From an uncultured Gemmatimonadales bacterium (GTDB lineage Bacteria; Gemmatimonadota; Gemmatimonadetes; Gemmatimonadales; GWC2-71-9): 64,000 nucleotides of DNA. The translations under genes were made by a program, and so were the position numbers. The notes below the pieces were generated by a model. The model searched no databases. It worked only from the letters and a program-made list of their open reading frames with translations, and was not told the DNA's origin. The stretch covers positions 727,184 through 791,183 of the forward strand of contig CAWGRU010000004.1 in the NCBI GenBank assembly GCA_963825065.1, in the 5' to 3' direction. Below, one piece after another: positions 18,338-26,636 of this stretch. Position 1 is the stretch's first letter; each line of letters opens with the position of its first letter.

Positions 18338-19998
18338 CGGATACGCGCGACCGCCAGCCGCGGCGCCAGCGGAATGGTGTTGGTGGTACGGAGCCCCACC
18401 GCCACGGCGGCACCGTTGGCTGGCTGGACGATCCGGACGCAGGTGCCCGAGCCGCCGAGCAGCGTGCCGCTCACCCCGTAGGCCTGCCCTGCGGTGGAGT
18501 CGGGGTGCAGCGGATAGGGACCGCCGAAGAGCTGGCCGAACGCCCCGGCGAGATTCCAGCTCCGGTAGTTGAGCCGGTCGCCTGGATCGCTGAAGGTCGG
18601 GACAGATTCGAGATAGTTCGTCAGGTGCCACTGCCCCACCAGCGTGGGGAAGGTGACCCCAGGCTGAAAGAGCTGCGCGGCGAGGGCGGCGTTGGCGCCA
18701 CCTGTGCTGCCGATTCCCCCCGGCTGATCGGCGCCGTCGAGTCGGCGAGTGATGTCGGTCCCCAGGATCGAGTCGGTCGGAGACCGGTCGGCGAGCCAGC
18801 GCACGAACAGCCAATTGGCGCCGCGCTCACTGAGGGAGCCCGTCGTGGTCCCCGGCTCGACCAGATAGCTATTCACAGGTTGAAGGAGATAATTGAACGC
18901 ATTGCCGATGTCTCCCCGCGCGAACTGATCGAGGCAGCTGGCCCCGCTGCACAGGCTGTCCGGCACCCGGCGACCACCCAGCTCCTCCGCGAAGTGAGAG
19001 AGCCCCTCGTTGAGCCAGGTCTCCTCCGCGCCGCCACCGCCCAGCAGCACATGCCGGTTGAAGCTGATCATGTGCTGGAGTTCGTGGATCGCCGTCGGCG
19101 CGATGCGGTCCAGCACGAAGCTGCGGCCGAAGCAGGCCGGCTTCGCGGGATCGGGCACGATGCCGTAGAAGACCTCGCCCCCATTGGAATGGGGGTCGGT
19201 CAGATCCAGGTCGAGACCGAAGAAGTATCCCAGGATCACCTGCCCCGTCTGCTGGCAGTTGGCAGAGAGAGCATTGATCTGGTCGGAGAGCAGGACGACG
19301 ACGACGCCGTTGCCGTCGAGATCCGACTCCCGTCCGAATGCCGTGGTATCGATGGGGTAGAGATGCTGGTCGAAGAGCGTACCCAGGGTCTGAATGTCCG
19401 CGGGACTGTATCCGTTGGCCGGGACGGTGTCGTCGAGAAAGATCGCGCTCTTGGCACCAACGTACTGTGCCGTCGCCTTGACGCTCACGAAGCCTGTGCA
19501 CATGGCGGTCGCGCAGACCTTGAACGTCCGCGAGTCCCCCACCGTCGGAGGCGCCACGAGGCGCGACTGCGCGGCGCGGGCGAACGCCATCCCGGGCCGC
19601 CGGCCGATCTCCCGCTCCTGCTCGCGCAGCATCAGGTGAAATCGGGTCGGCTCATCCACCGCCCAGACGGCCGCCCGATCGGGCGGCGGCGGCGCCGGGC
19701 TGAAGGTGTCGGTGGAGGCGAGCAAGCTGAAGCTCCCCCACACCCCCGATGGCGTCTCCTGTCCATTGGCCGACAGCGCCACCACCAGGTATTCCGCCCC
19801 TGCCGGTCCCGCCGCCGGAAGCCGGAGGCAACCATGCGTCGTGGTCGGATCGACGATCGCATGCGCCCCGACCGCGAGCCCCGTGGCGAGCACCCCATCG
19901 CAATCGAACCCGCTGAGCGGATCGGTCATGCCCCCGCCGCTACAGCCCCCGAGCAGGGCACCGCCAAGCAGCAAGATTGCTACGCGAAGGGAGGGCAT
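18334..19998 (-). CDS. HEXXH zinc-metalloprotease lipoprotein (M30/hyicolysin-like)
   Basis: Lipobox LLLGGALLGGC, motif IHELQHMISFN...WLNEGLSHFAEE. Start placed at ATG 19998. Confidence 0.65.
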   Translation of the reverse strand: MPSLRVAILLLGGALLGGCSGGGMTDPLSGFDCDGVLATGLAVGAHAIVDPTTTHGCLRLPAAGPAGAEYLVVALSANGQETPSGVWGSFSLLASTDTFSPAPPPPDRAAVWAVDEPTRFHLMLREQEREIGRRPGMAFARAAQSRLVAPPTVGDSRTFKVCATAMCTGFVSVKATAQYVGAKSAIFLDDTVPANGYSPADIQTLGTLFDQHLYPIDTTAFGRESDLDGNGVVVVLLSDQINALSANCQQTGQVILGYFFGLDLDLTDPHSNGGEVFYGIVPDPAKPACFGRSFVLDRIAPTAIHELQHMISFNRHVLLGGGGAEETWLNEGLSHFAEELGGRRVPDSLCSGASCLDQFARGDIGNAFNYLLQPVNSYLVEPGTTTGSLSERGANWLFVRWLADRSPTDSILGTDITRRLDGADQPGGIGSTGGANAALAAQLFQPGVTFPTLVGQWHLTNYLESVPTFSDPGDRLNYRSWNLAGAFGQLFGGPYPLHPDSTAGQAYGVSGTLLGGSGTCVRIVQPANGAAVAVGLRTTNTIPLAPRLAVARIR

Positions 19999-20045
19999 CG
20001 ACGAGGGGGCTCCGCGACCGGCATCAGAGGGCGGCGAGTGAAGGC

Positions 20046-20075
20046 AAGATAAAGCGCGACAACGGGTTTTGACAA
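20046..20075 (-). promoter_or_regulatory. candidate promoter TTGTCA-N18-TATCTTG for the protease operon
   Basis: The minus strand reads TTGTCA aaacccgttgtcgcgctt TATCTTG. Its -35 overlaps the -35 of the divergent hisIE promoter. Confidence 0.4.
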
Positions 20076-20098
20076 TCATATCGAGCCCCGATAGCTTG
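20069..20098 (+). promoter_or_regulatory. candidate promoter TTGACA-N17-TAGCTTG for hisIE (leaderless geometry)
   Basis: TTGACA 20069-20074 and TAGCTT 20092-20097. The GTG start at 20104 lies 6 nt after the -10. Confidence 0.45.
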
Positions 20099-20103
20099 GG
20101 GCC

Positions 20104-20745
20104 GTGACTCACGACCCATGGTTGGAGCAGGTGCGGTTTGGCACCGACGGACTGGTGCCGGTGGTAGCCCAGGACCGGAGGACTGGCGACGTGCTGATGC
20201 TCGCCTGGGCCAATCGCGAAGCGCTCGGCCAGACGCTGCGGACCGGCTTCGCCCACTACTGGAGCCGCAGCCGCCAGGCCCTCTGGAAGAAGGGGGAGAC
20301 CTCCGGCCACCTGCAGCGGGTGGCCGAGATGCCGCCTCGATTGCGACGCCGACACGGTGCTCTACCGGGTGGACCAGACCGGTCCCGCCTGCCACACCGG
20401 GCGGCCGACCTGTTTCTCGACCGTGGTGCGTCCCGATGGGAGCACCGCCGAAGGAGCCGATCCCGGCGGACACTTGCTCACCCGGCTGGCCACGACCATC
20501 GCCGCCGGGCCGCGGAGCGGCCGCCAGGATCGTACACGGTCTCCCTGCTGGATCACGGAATAGCGAAGATCTCGCAAAAGGTCGGTGAAGAGGCCATCGA
20601 GGTAGTCGTCGCCGCCAACGCCGAAGACGACCGGCACCTGGCCGCCGAGTCGGCCGACCTGATCTATCATCTGCTGGTGCTGCTCCGGGCCCGCGGCGTC
20701 GAGCTTGGCGACGTGCTGCAGGCACTGGAGGCACGGGAGAAGTAG
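20104..20745 (+). CDS. hisI: bifunctional phosphoribosyl-AMP cyclohydrolase / phosphoribosyl-ATP pyrophosphatase, with an internal out-of-frame segment
   Basis: The N-terminal part LVPVVAQD...[17 protein letters not shown] and the C-terminal part [25 protein letters not shown]...[10 protein letters not shown] are in the ORF frame. The catalytic core [28 protein letters not shown] is encoded only in the +1 frame between about 20332 and about 20507. Confidence 0.75.
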   Translation: MTHDPWLEQVRFGTDGLVPVVAQDRRTGDVLMLAWANREALGQTLRTGFAHYWSRSRQALWKKGETSGHLQRVAEMPPRLRRRHGALPGGPDRSRLPHRAADLFLDRGASRWEHRRRSRSRRTLAHPAGHDHRRRAAERPPGSYTVSLLDHGIAKISQKVGEEAIEVVVAANAEDDRHLAAESADLIYHLLVLLRARGVELGDVLQALEAREK

Positions 20746-20838
20746 GCCTCTCGGCGCATCGCCGATCGCCGGACTCCGCCCACCGTCTCCGGGGCGAGCC
20801 GCCGATCCGCGACGCCGCCGAATCGCCGAGTCGCCACT

Positions 20839-23800
20839 ATGTCGTTCGTCCACCTTCACACCCACTCCGAGTACTCCCTGCTCGACGGCGCCAACCGCGT
20901 CCCCGAGCTGGTGAAGCACGTCCAGAAGCTCGGGATGGACAGCCTCGCCGTCACCGATCACGGCAACCTGCACTGCGCCTGGTCGTTCTACGAGGAGGCG
21001 AAGGCCAGGGGGATGCGGCCCATTCTCGGCTTCGAGGCCTATCTCGCCTTCGGCCCGCGCACGGTCATGCAGAAGCCGCAGTGGGCGCCGGCGCAGTACA
21101 GCCACCTGGTGCTCCTGGCGCAGAACCGCGCCGGCTACAAGAACCTGGTCCGGCTCTCCTCCATCGGGTACCTGGAGGGCTTCTACCGGCGCCCGCGGAT
21201 CGACAAGGAGGTGCTCGCGAAGTATTCCGAAGGCGTGGTCTGCCTGGCGGCCTGCCTCTCCGGCGAGATCGCGCTCTACCTGCGGCAGGGGAACTACGAG
21301 GAGGCGAAGCAGTCGGCCCAGTGGTTCGCCCAGATCTTCGGCGAGCAGAACTTCTGGCTGGAGGTGCAGCACCACGGCATCCCCGAGGAGAAGATCGTCA
21401 ACGAGGGGATGTTCCGGCTGGGCGAGGAGCTCGGGCTCGGCGTGGTCGCGACCAACGACGCGCACTACCTGCGGCGCGAGGACGCCGAGGCGCACGACGT
21501 GCTGCTGGCGATCGGCACCGGCGCCGAGCTGGACGACCCGAAGCGGTTCCGCTTCACCGGCGAGGAATCGTACGTCAAGTCGGAGCCGGAGATGGCGCAG
21601 CTCTTCCGCGACCACCCGGAGACTCTGGCCAACACCCAGCTCGTCGCGAACCGCTGCGAGTTCAGCTTCGAGAAGAAGTATTTCGTCCCCGAGTTCCCCC
21701 GCCCCGAGGGATTCGACTCGGAGGAGGCGCTGCTCGAGGCGCTCGCGACCCGCGGTACCGAGACCCGCTACGGCACCCCGCTCCCGGCGCAGGTGCAGGA
21801 ACGGCTCGACTTCGAACTCGGGGTGATCAACAAGGCCGGCTACGCCGGCTACTTCCTGATCGTGCAGGACTTCATCAAGGCCGCCCGCGACCGCGACATC
21901 CCGGTGGGGCCGGGTCGCGGCTCGGCGGCGGGGTCGATCGTCGCCTACGGCCTCGGGATCACCAACGTCGACCCGCTCAAGTTCGACCTGCTGTTCGAGC
22001 GGTTCCTGAATCCCGAGCGGGTGTCGATGCCCGACATCGACATCGACTTCTGCTTCGAGCGGCGGGGTGAGGTGATCGAGTACGTCCGCCAGCGCTACGG
22101 CCGGGCGAGCGTGGGCCAGATCATCACCTTCGGGACCCTCAAGGCCCGGGCCGCGGTGAAGGACGTCGCCCGGCTGCTGCGGATCCCGCCGGGCGACGCC
22201 GACAAGCTCACCAAGCTCATTCCCTCGGGACCCGCCTTTGCGCTCACGATCGACGAGGCGATGAGCAAGGTCCCCGAGTTCCGGGACCTGGTGAAGACCA
22301 GCCCCCAGTACGAACGCTGCATCCAGCTCGCCAGCCGGATCGAGGGAATCTCCCGGCACGCCTCGGTGCACGCAGCCGGCCTGGTGATCGCCCCGGGTCC
22401 GCTCAGCGAGTACGTCCCCGTCTGCACGGCGCCCACCAAGGGCTCCGGCCAGAATGCGGAGGGGGAGGACTCCATCATCACCCAGTTCGAGATGGGGCCG
22501 CTCGAGAAGGTCGGCATGCTCAAGATGGACATGCTCGGCCTGCGCACCCTGACCGTGATCTACGACGCGGTCCAGATGATCCGCGAGCGGCATGGAGTGC
22601 ACCTCGACATGGACGCGCTGGACCTCGAAGACCCGAAGGTCTACCAGCTGCTCCGCGCCGGCCGCACCGCGGGGATCTTCCAGTTCGAGTCGCCGCTCGC
22701 CACCGAGACGCTGCGCAACATGAAGTGCGACCGGTTCGACGACCTGGTCGCCTCCAATGCGCTGCTCCGCCCCGGCCCGCTCGACACCGGGATGCACCTG
22801 GTCTTCATCAAGCGGAAGCTCGGCCAGGAGGCGGTCACCTATCCGCATCCCAGCCTCAAGGACATTCTCGAGCCGACCTACGGTGTCATCACCTACCAGG
22901 AGCAGGTGATGCGGATCGCGAACGTGCTGGCGGGCTTCAGCCTTGCCGAAGCCGACGTGCTCCGCAAGGCGGTCGGCAAGAAGGACGCGGAGCTGATCAA
23001 GCAGGAGCTGGGCAAGTTCGTGGAGCGGGCGGTGGCCCTCGGGCACCCGAAGAAGCTGGCCGACGAGCTCGCCACCCAGATCGAGACCTTCGGCCGCTAC
23101 GGCTTCAACAAGTCCCACTCGGTGGCCTATTCGGTCCTGAGCTACCAGACGGCGTGGCTCAAGACCTACTACCCCGCCGAGTTCATGGCCGCGCTGCTTT
23201 CGTCGGAAATCGGCAGCACTGACAAGGTCGTGCAGTACATCAACGAGGCACGCGAGCTCGGCATCGAGGTCCTGCCGCCCGACGTCAATGAATCGGGCTT
23301 CAAGTTCACTGTGACCGGCGACCGCCGGATGCGGTTCGGGCTCGGGGCCGTCCGCAACGTCGGGCGCGGCGCCATCGAGTCGATGATCGCCGCACGGAAG
23401 GAAGCGCCCTTCACCACCCTCGCCGACTTCGCCCGCCGGGTGGACCTGCGCCTGTGCAACAAGCGGGTGATCGAGTCGCTGATCGCTGCAGGCGCGCTCG
23501 ACCAGCTGGGCGGACACCGCGCCCAGCTGGCTCAGGGGCTCGACGAAGCGCTGCGAGAAGCGCAGTTTCTCCAGCAGGAGAAGGAGGCGGGACAGGCCTC
23601 ACTGTTCGGGGAGGGGCCGGGCACCACTGCCCGCCCCTCGAGCGGGACCCTTCCCGAGCTGCCGCCGTGGAGCGAGCAGGAGCGCCTCGCCCGGGAGAAG
23701 GAAGTCCTCGGCTTCTTCATTTCGGGACACCCGCTGGAGCGCTACCGGGCGGAAGTCGAGGTGTTCGGCTCCCGTACCACCGCTACGCTCGGCGAGTGGA

Positions 23801-24324
23801 GCGAGCACCAGGTGACGCTCGCGGCGGTCATCACCCAGGTGAAGCGGCAGATCTCCAAGAAGACCGGCAAGGAGTACGCGCGGCTCATCCTCGAGGACTT
23901 CCACGGCACCGCGGAGGCGATCGTGTTCCCGGAGTCGTGGGCGAAGCTCAATCAGGTGGTGAAGGAGGACCTCGCCGTGCTGCTGACCGGCGGGTACAGT
24001 GCCCGGGACCGGGGCGAGGAACGGGCACCGTTCGTCATCGAGAGTGCCCGTCCCCTCGAGGATCTCATGGCGAGCGGGGCGCTCGGCCTGGCGCTCCGCT
24101 GGCGGCTGCCGGAGGCACCCGAACCTGAGCTGCTCCGGCAGGCGCTCGCGATGTGCGGGAAGCACCCCGGGCCGGCTCCGCTCTATATTGAATGGAGCGA
24201 CGGGAACGGTGAGCGCCTTCGGGCGCGCTCCCGCCGCCTTCGCGTTACCCCCGATGAAGAGCTGGTCCAGGGCCTCCGGCGACTGCTCGGGCCGGATGCG
24301 GTCGCATTCGTAAAGGCGGGCTGA
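20839..24324 (+). CDS. dnaE: DNA polymerase III alpha subunit
   Basis: 1161 aa with a PHP domain (FVHLHTHSEYSLLDG) and the motifs GPGRGSAAGS and MPDIDIDF. Confidence 0.95.
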   Translation: MSFVHLHTHSEYSLLDGANRVPELVKHVQKLGMDSLAVTDHGNLHCAWSFYEEAKARGMRPILGFEAYLAFGPRTVMQKPQWAPAQYSHLVLLAQNRAGYKNLVRLSSIGYLEGFYRRPRIDKEVLAKYSEGVVCLAACLSGEIALYLRQGNYEEAKQSAQWFAQIFGEQNFWLEVQHHGIPEEKIVNEGMFRLGEELGLGVVATNDAHYLRREDAEAHDVLLAIGTGAELDDPKRFRFTGEESYVKSEPEMAQLFRDHPETLANTQLVANRCEFSFEKKYFVPEFPRPEGFDSEEALLEALATRGTETRYGTPLPAQVQERLDFELGVINKAGYAGYFLIVQDFIKAARDRDIPVGPGRGSAAGSIVAYGLGITNVDPLKFDLLFERFLNPERVSMPDIDIDFCFERRGEVIEYVRQRYGRASVGQIITFGTLKARAAVKDVARLLRIPPGDADKLTKLIPSGPAFALTIDEAMSKVPEFRDLVKTSPQYERCIQLASRIEGISRHASVHAAGLVIAPGPLSEYVPVCTAPTKGSGQNAEGEDSIITQFEMGPLEKVGMLKMDMLGLRTLTVIYDAVQMIRERHGVHLDMDALDLEDPKVYQLLRAGRTAGIFQFESPLATETLRNMKCDRFDDLVASNALLRPGPLDTGMHLVFIKRKLGQEAVTYPHPSLKDILEPTYGVITYQEQVMRIANVLAGFSLAEADVLRKAVGKKDAELIKQELGKFVERAVALGHPKKLADELATQIETFGRYGFNKSHSVAYSVLSYQTAWLKTYYPAEFMAALLSSEIGSTDKVVQYINEARELGIEVLPPDVNESGFKFTVTGDRRMRFGLGAVRNVGRGAIESMIAARKEAPFTTLADFARRVDLRLCNKRVIESLIAAGALDQLGGHRAQLAQGLDEALREAQFLQQEKEAGQASLFGEGPGTTARPSSGTLPELPPWSEQERLAREKEVLGFFISGHPLERYRAEVEVFGSRTTATLGEWSEHQVTLAAVITQVKRQISKKTGKEYARLILEDFHGTAEAIVFPESWAKLNQVVKEDLAVLLTGGYSARDRGEERAPFVIESARPLEDLMASGALGLALRWRLPEAPEPELLRQALAMCGKHPGPAPLYIEWSDGNGERLRARSRRLRVTPDEELVQGLRRLLGPDAVAFVKAG

Positions 24325-24325
24325 C

Positions 24326-25288
24326 ATGGCATCGAACTACGCACTCGACTTCGAGAAACCGCTCCAGGAACTCGAACGGCAGATCGACGACCTCCAGAAG
24401 CTGGGGGAAGAGCGCCAGATCGACGTCGGCGAGGAGGCGCGCCTGCTGCAGGTCCGGCTCAATACTCTTCGCCACGAGATCTACAGCAATCTCACTCCGA
24501 TGCAGCGGGTGCAGGTCGCGCGGCACCCCCGCCGCCCGTATCCGCTCGATTATCTGAGCACGATCTTCACCGATTTCATCGAGCTCCACGGCGACCGGCT
24601 CTTCCGGGACGACCCCGCGATCGTCGGCGGCTGGGCCCGCCTCGCCGGGATCTCGGTGATGGTGATCGGCCACCAGAAGGGCCGGGACACCAAGGAGAAC
24701 CTGAAGCGCAACTTCGGCATGGCCCACCCCGAGGGCTACCGCAAGGCGCTCCGGCTGATGAAGCTCGCCGCCAAGTTCAGCGCGCCGGTCGTGACCCTCA
24801 TCGATACCCCCGGCGCCTTTCCCGGACTCGGCGCCGAGGAGCGGGGCCAGTCGGAGGCGCTGGCACGCAACATCCTCGAGATGGCCGCGCTGCCGACGCC
24901 GATCGTCGCCGTGGTGATCGGCGAGGGCGGCTCCGGCGGCGCGCTCGCCCTCGGCACCGCCGACCGGATTCTCATGTTCGAGAACTCGGTCTACTCGGTG
25001 ATCTCGCCCGAGGGGTGCGCGGCGATCCTGTGGAAGGACGGCAGCCAGCGCGAACGCGCCGCCAACGCGCTGAAACTCACCGCGCAGGACCTTCTCAGGT
25101 TCAAGCTGGTCGACGAGATCATCACGGAGCCGATGGGCGGTGCCCACCTCGATCCGGACGCCACCGGCGAAGCCCTCCGCGAGGCCCTCATCCGGCACGT
25201 CAACGAGCTGCGCAAGGTCCGCCCCGAAAAGCTGGTCCGCCGCCGCGCGGAGAAGTTCGCGGCGATGGGCGTCTATACCGAGGCCTGA
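24326..25288 (+). CDS. accA: acetyl-CoA carboxylase carboxyltransferase alpha subunit
   Basis: 320 aa: ...LDFEKPL.ELE...IDTPGAFPGLGAEERGQSEA...IGEGGSGGALA.... Confidence 0.95.
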   Translation: MASNYALDFEKPLQELERQIDDLQKLGEERQIDVGEEARLLQVRLNTLRHEIYSNLTPMQRVQVARHPRRPYPLDYLSTIFTDFIELHGDRLFRDDPAIVGGWARLAGISVMVIGHQKGRDTKENLKRNFGMAHPEGYRKALRLMKLAAKFSAPVVTLIDTPGAFPGLGAEERGQSEALARNILEMAALPTPIVAVVIGEGGSGGALALGTADRILMFENSVYSVISPEGCAAILWKDGSQRERAANALKLTAQDLLRFKLVDEIITEPMGGAHLDPDATGEALREALIRHVNELRKVRPEKLVRRRAEKFAAMGVYTEA

Positions 25289-26636
25289 TGCCCCAGACCG
25301 TTGAGGTACGGTTCAAGGGCACCCGGCGGGACTTCTTCCTCTGGCCCGATGAGCAGGAACCGCTCCGCCTCCGCGAGGCCGTGGTGGTGGACGCGGAGCG
25401 TGGCACCGACCTGGGGCGGGTGCACACCGCGGGCGCGACGGCGGAGAAGAAGTGCGGTGGCGGCTGCACCTCCTGCGCGGTAGGCGAGGGGATCGCGGAG
25501 GCTCGCTCCGGCGGCCAGGCGGTCGCCAGCGACGAACCGGAGTCCCAGCCGGCCGACGCCGAGCCCGTCCTGGAGCCGGAGGCTGGGCCGCCCCGGAGCC
25601 GGAGGCCGTGCCCGCCCCGAAGTCACCGCCGCTGCGGCCGGTGCTCCGCCGGGCGAGCCAGGAGGATATCCAGGCCGCCAACGACCTGCGCCGCTCCGAA
25701 GAAGAGATCCGCCGGCAGATCATCGACAAGGTCCGCCAGCACAAGCTGGACATGAAGGTGAGCGACACCGAGTGGCAGTGGGATCGGACCAAGCTCACCG
25801 TCTTCTTCACCGCGGAGAAGCGGGTCGACTTCCGGGCGCTGGTGCGCGATCTCGCCACCGTGTTCCGCACCCGGATCGAGCTGCGGCAGATCGGTGTCCG
25901 GGACGAAGCGGCCCGGCTCAAGGGCGTCGGCCGCTGCGGCCGGGAATACTGCTGCTCCACCTGGCTCACCGAGCTCTCCCCCGTGAGCCTGGCGCTCGCC
26001 AAGGACCAGCATCTCTCGCTCAACCCCTCGCAGATCTCCGGTGGCTGCGGCCGTCTGCTCTGCTGCCTCAAGTACGAGCACGAGTTCTACGTGGCCGCTC
26101 GGAAGCGGTTCCCGCGCGAAGGCAAGATGCTCGAGGCCGCCCGCGGTCCCGAGAAGGTCATCGCGGTGGACATCTTCCGGGAGCGGGTCTTCCTGCGCAA
26201 CGAGGAGGGTTCCCGCATCATCCCGCTGGTACAGCTCAGGGAGGAGATGGAGCAGGCGGCACTCCACCCGACTGCCGGGAGTGCCGCGTCCCCTCCGCCG
26301 CCGAGGCCCGCCGAACGTCGCGGCGCGCCGCCGCAGCGGCCCCGGCCGGAACGCGGTCCCCGCACCCCGCTTCGCGATCAGGCGTCAGCCCCTCCCGATC
26401 CGACCCGGCCACCGAGCGGGCCAGCCCCGCGGAATCGCCCGCCCCGTCCACGGCGGGAGGAGCCACCACCCCAACGCGAACCCGCCGCGCCTCCCGCGGC
26501 CCGCCAGCCGTCCGCGCCGGCCGAGCCAGCCACGCCCGCTCCCGAGGGTGAGGCCCGGCGCTCGCGCCGCCGCCGCCGCGGTCGCCGGGGCGGTCGCGGA
26601 GGGCCGTCGTCCCCACCTCCTGCCCCAGAGGCGTGA
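25288..26636 (+). pseudogene. PSP1-domain protein (RicT/YaaT-like), frame broken by a 1-nt indel (pseudogene or consensus error)
   Basis: The N-terminal part MPQTVEVRFKGTRRDFFLWPDEQ...VVVDAERGTDLGRV is in frame 1. The PSP1 core ...LDMKVSDTEWQWDRTKLTVFFTAEKRVDFRALVRDLA...CCSTWL...CGRLLCCLKYE is in frame 0. The junction is near 25585-25590, inside the duplicated GGAGCCGGAGGC. The tail is Pro/Arg-rich. Confidence 0.7.

Noticed and set aside
18334-19998. Idea that the HEXXH lipoprotein is a type IX secretion cargo because a PorV-like barrel follows it
   Set aside because: The protein has an N-terminal lipobox. I cannot recognise a T9SS C-terminal sorting domain by eye, and no other T9SS genes are in the window. 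I left it as a generic surface-protease hypothesis.
20362-23517. 1051-aa ORF on the minus strand
   Set aside because: It is antisense to dnaE and is the same GC-artefact pattern.
26250-26636. Several overlapping ORFs in the Pro/Arg-rich region (26041-26844, 26087-26365, etc.)
   Set aside because: The region is the low-complexity tail of the PSP1 protein. The alternative frames are composition artefacts.
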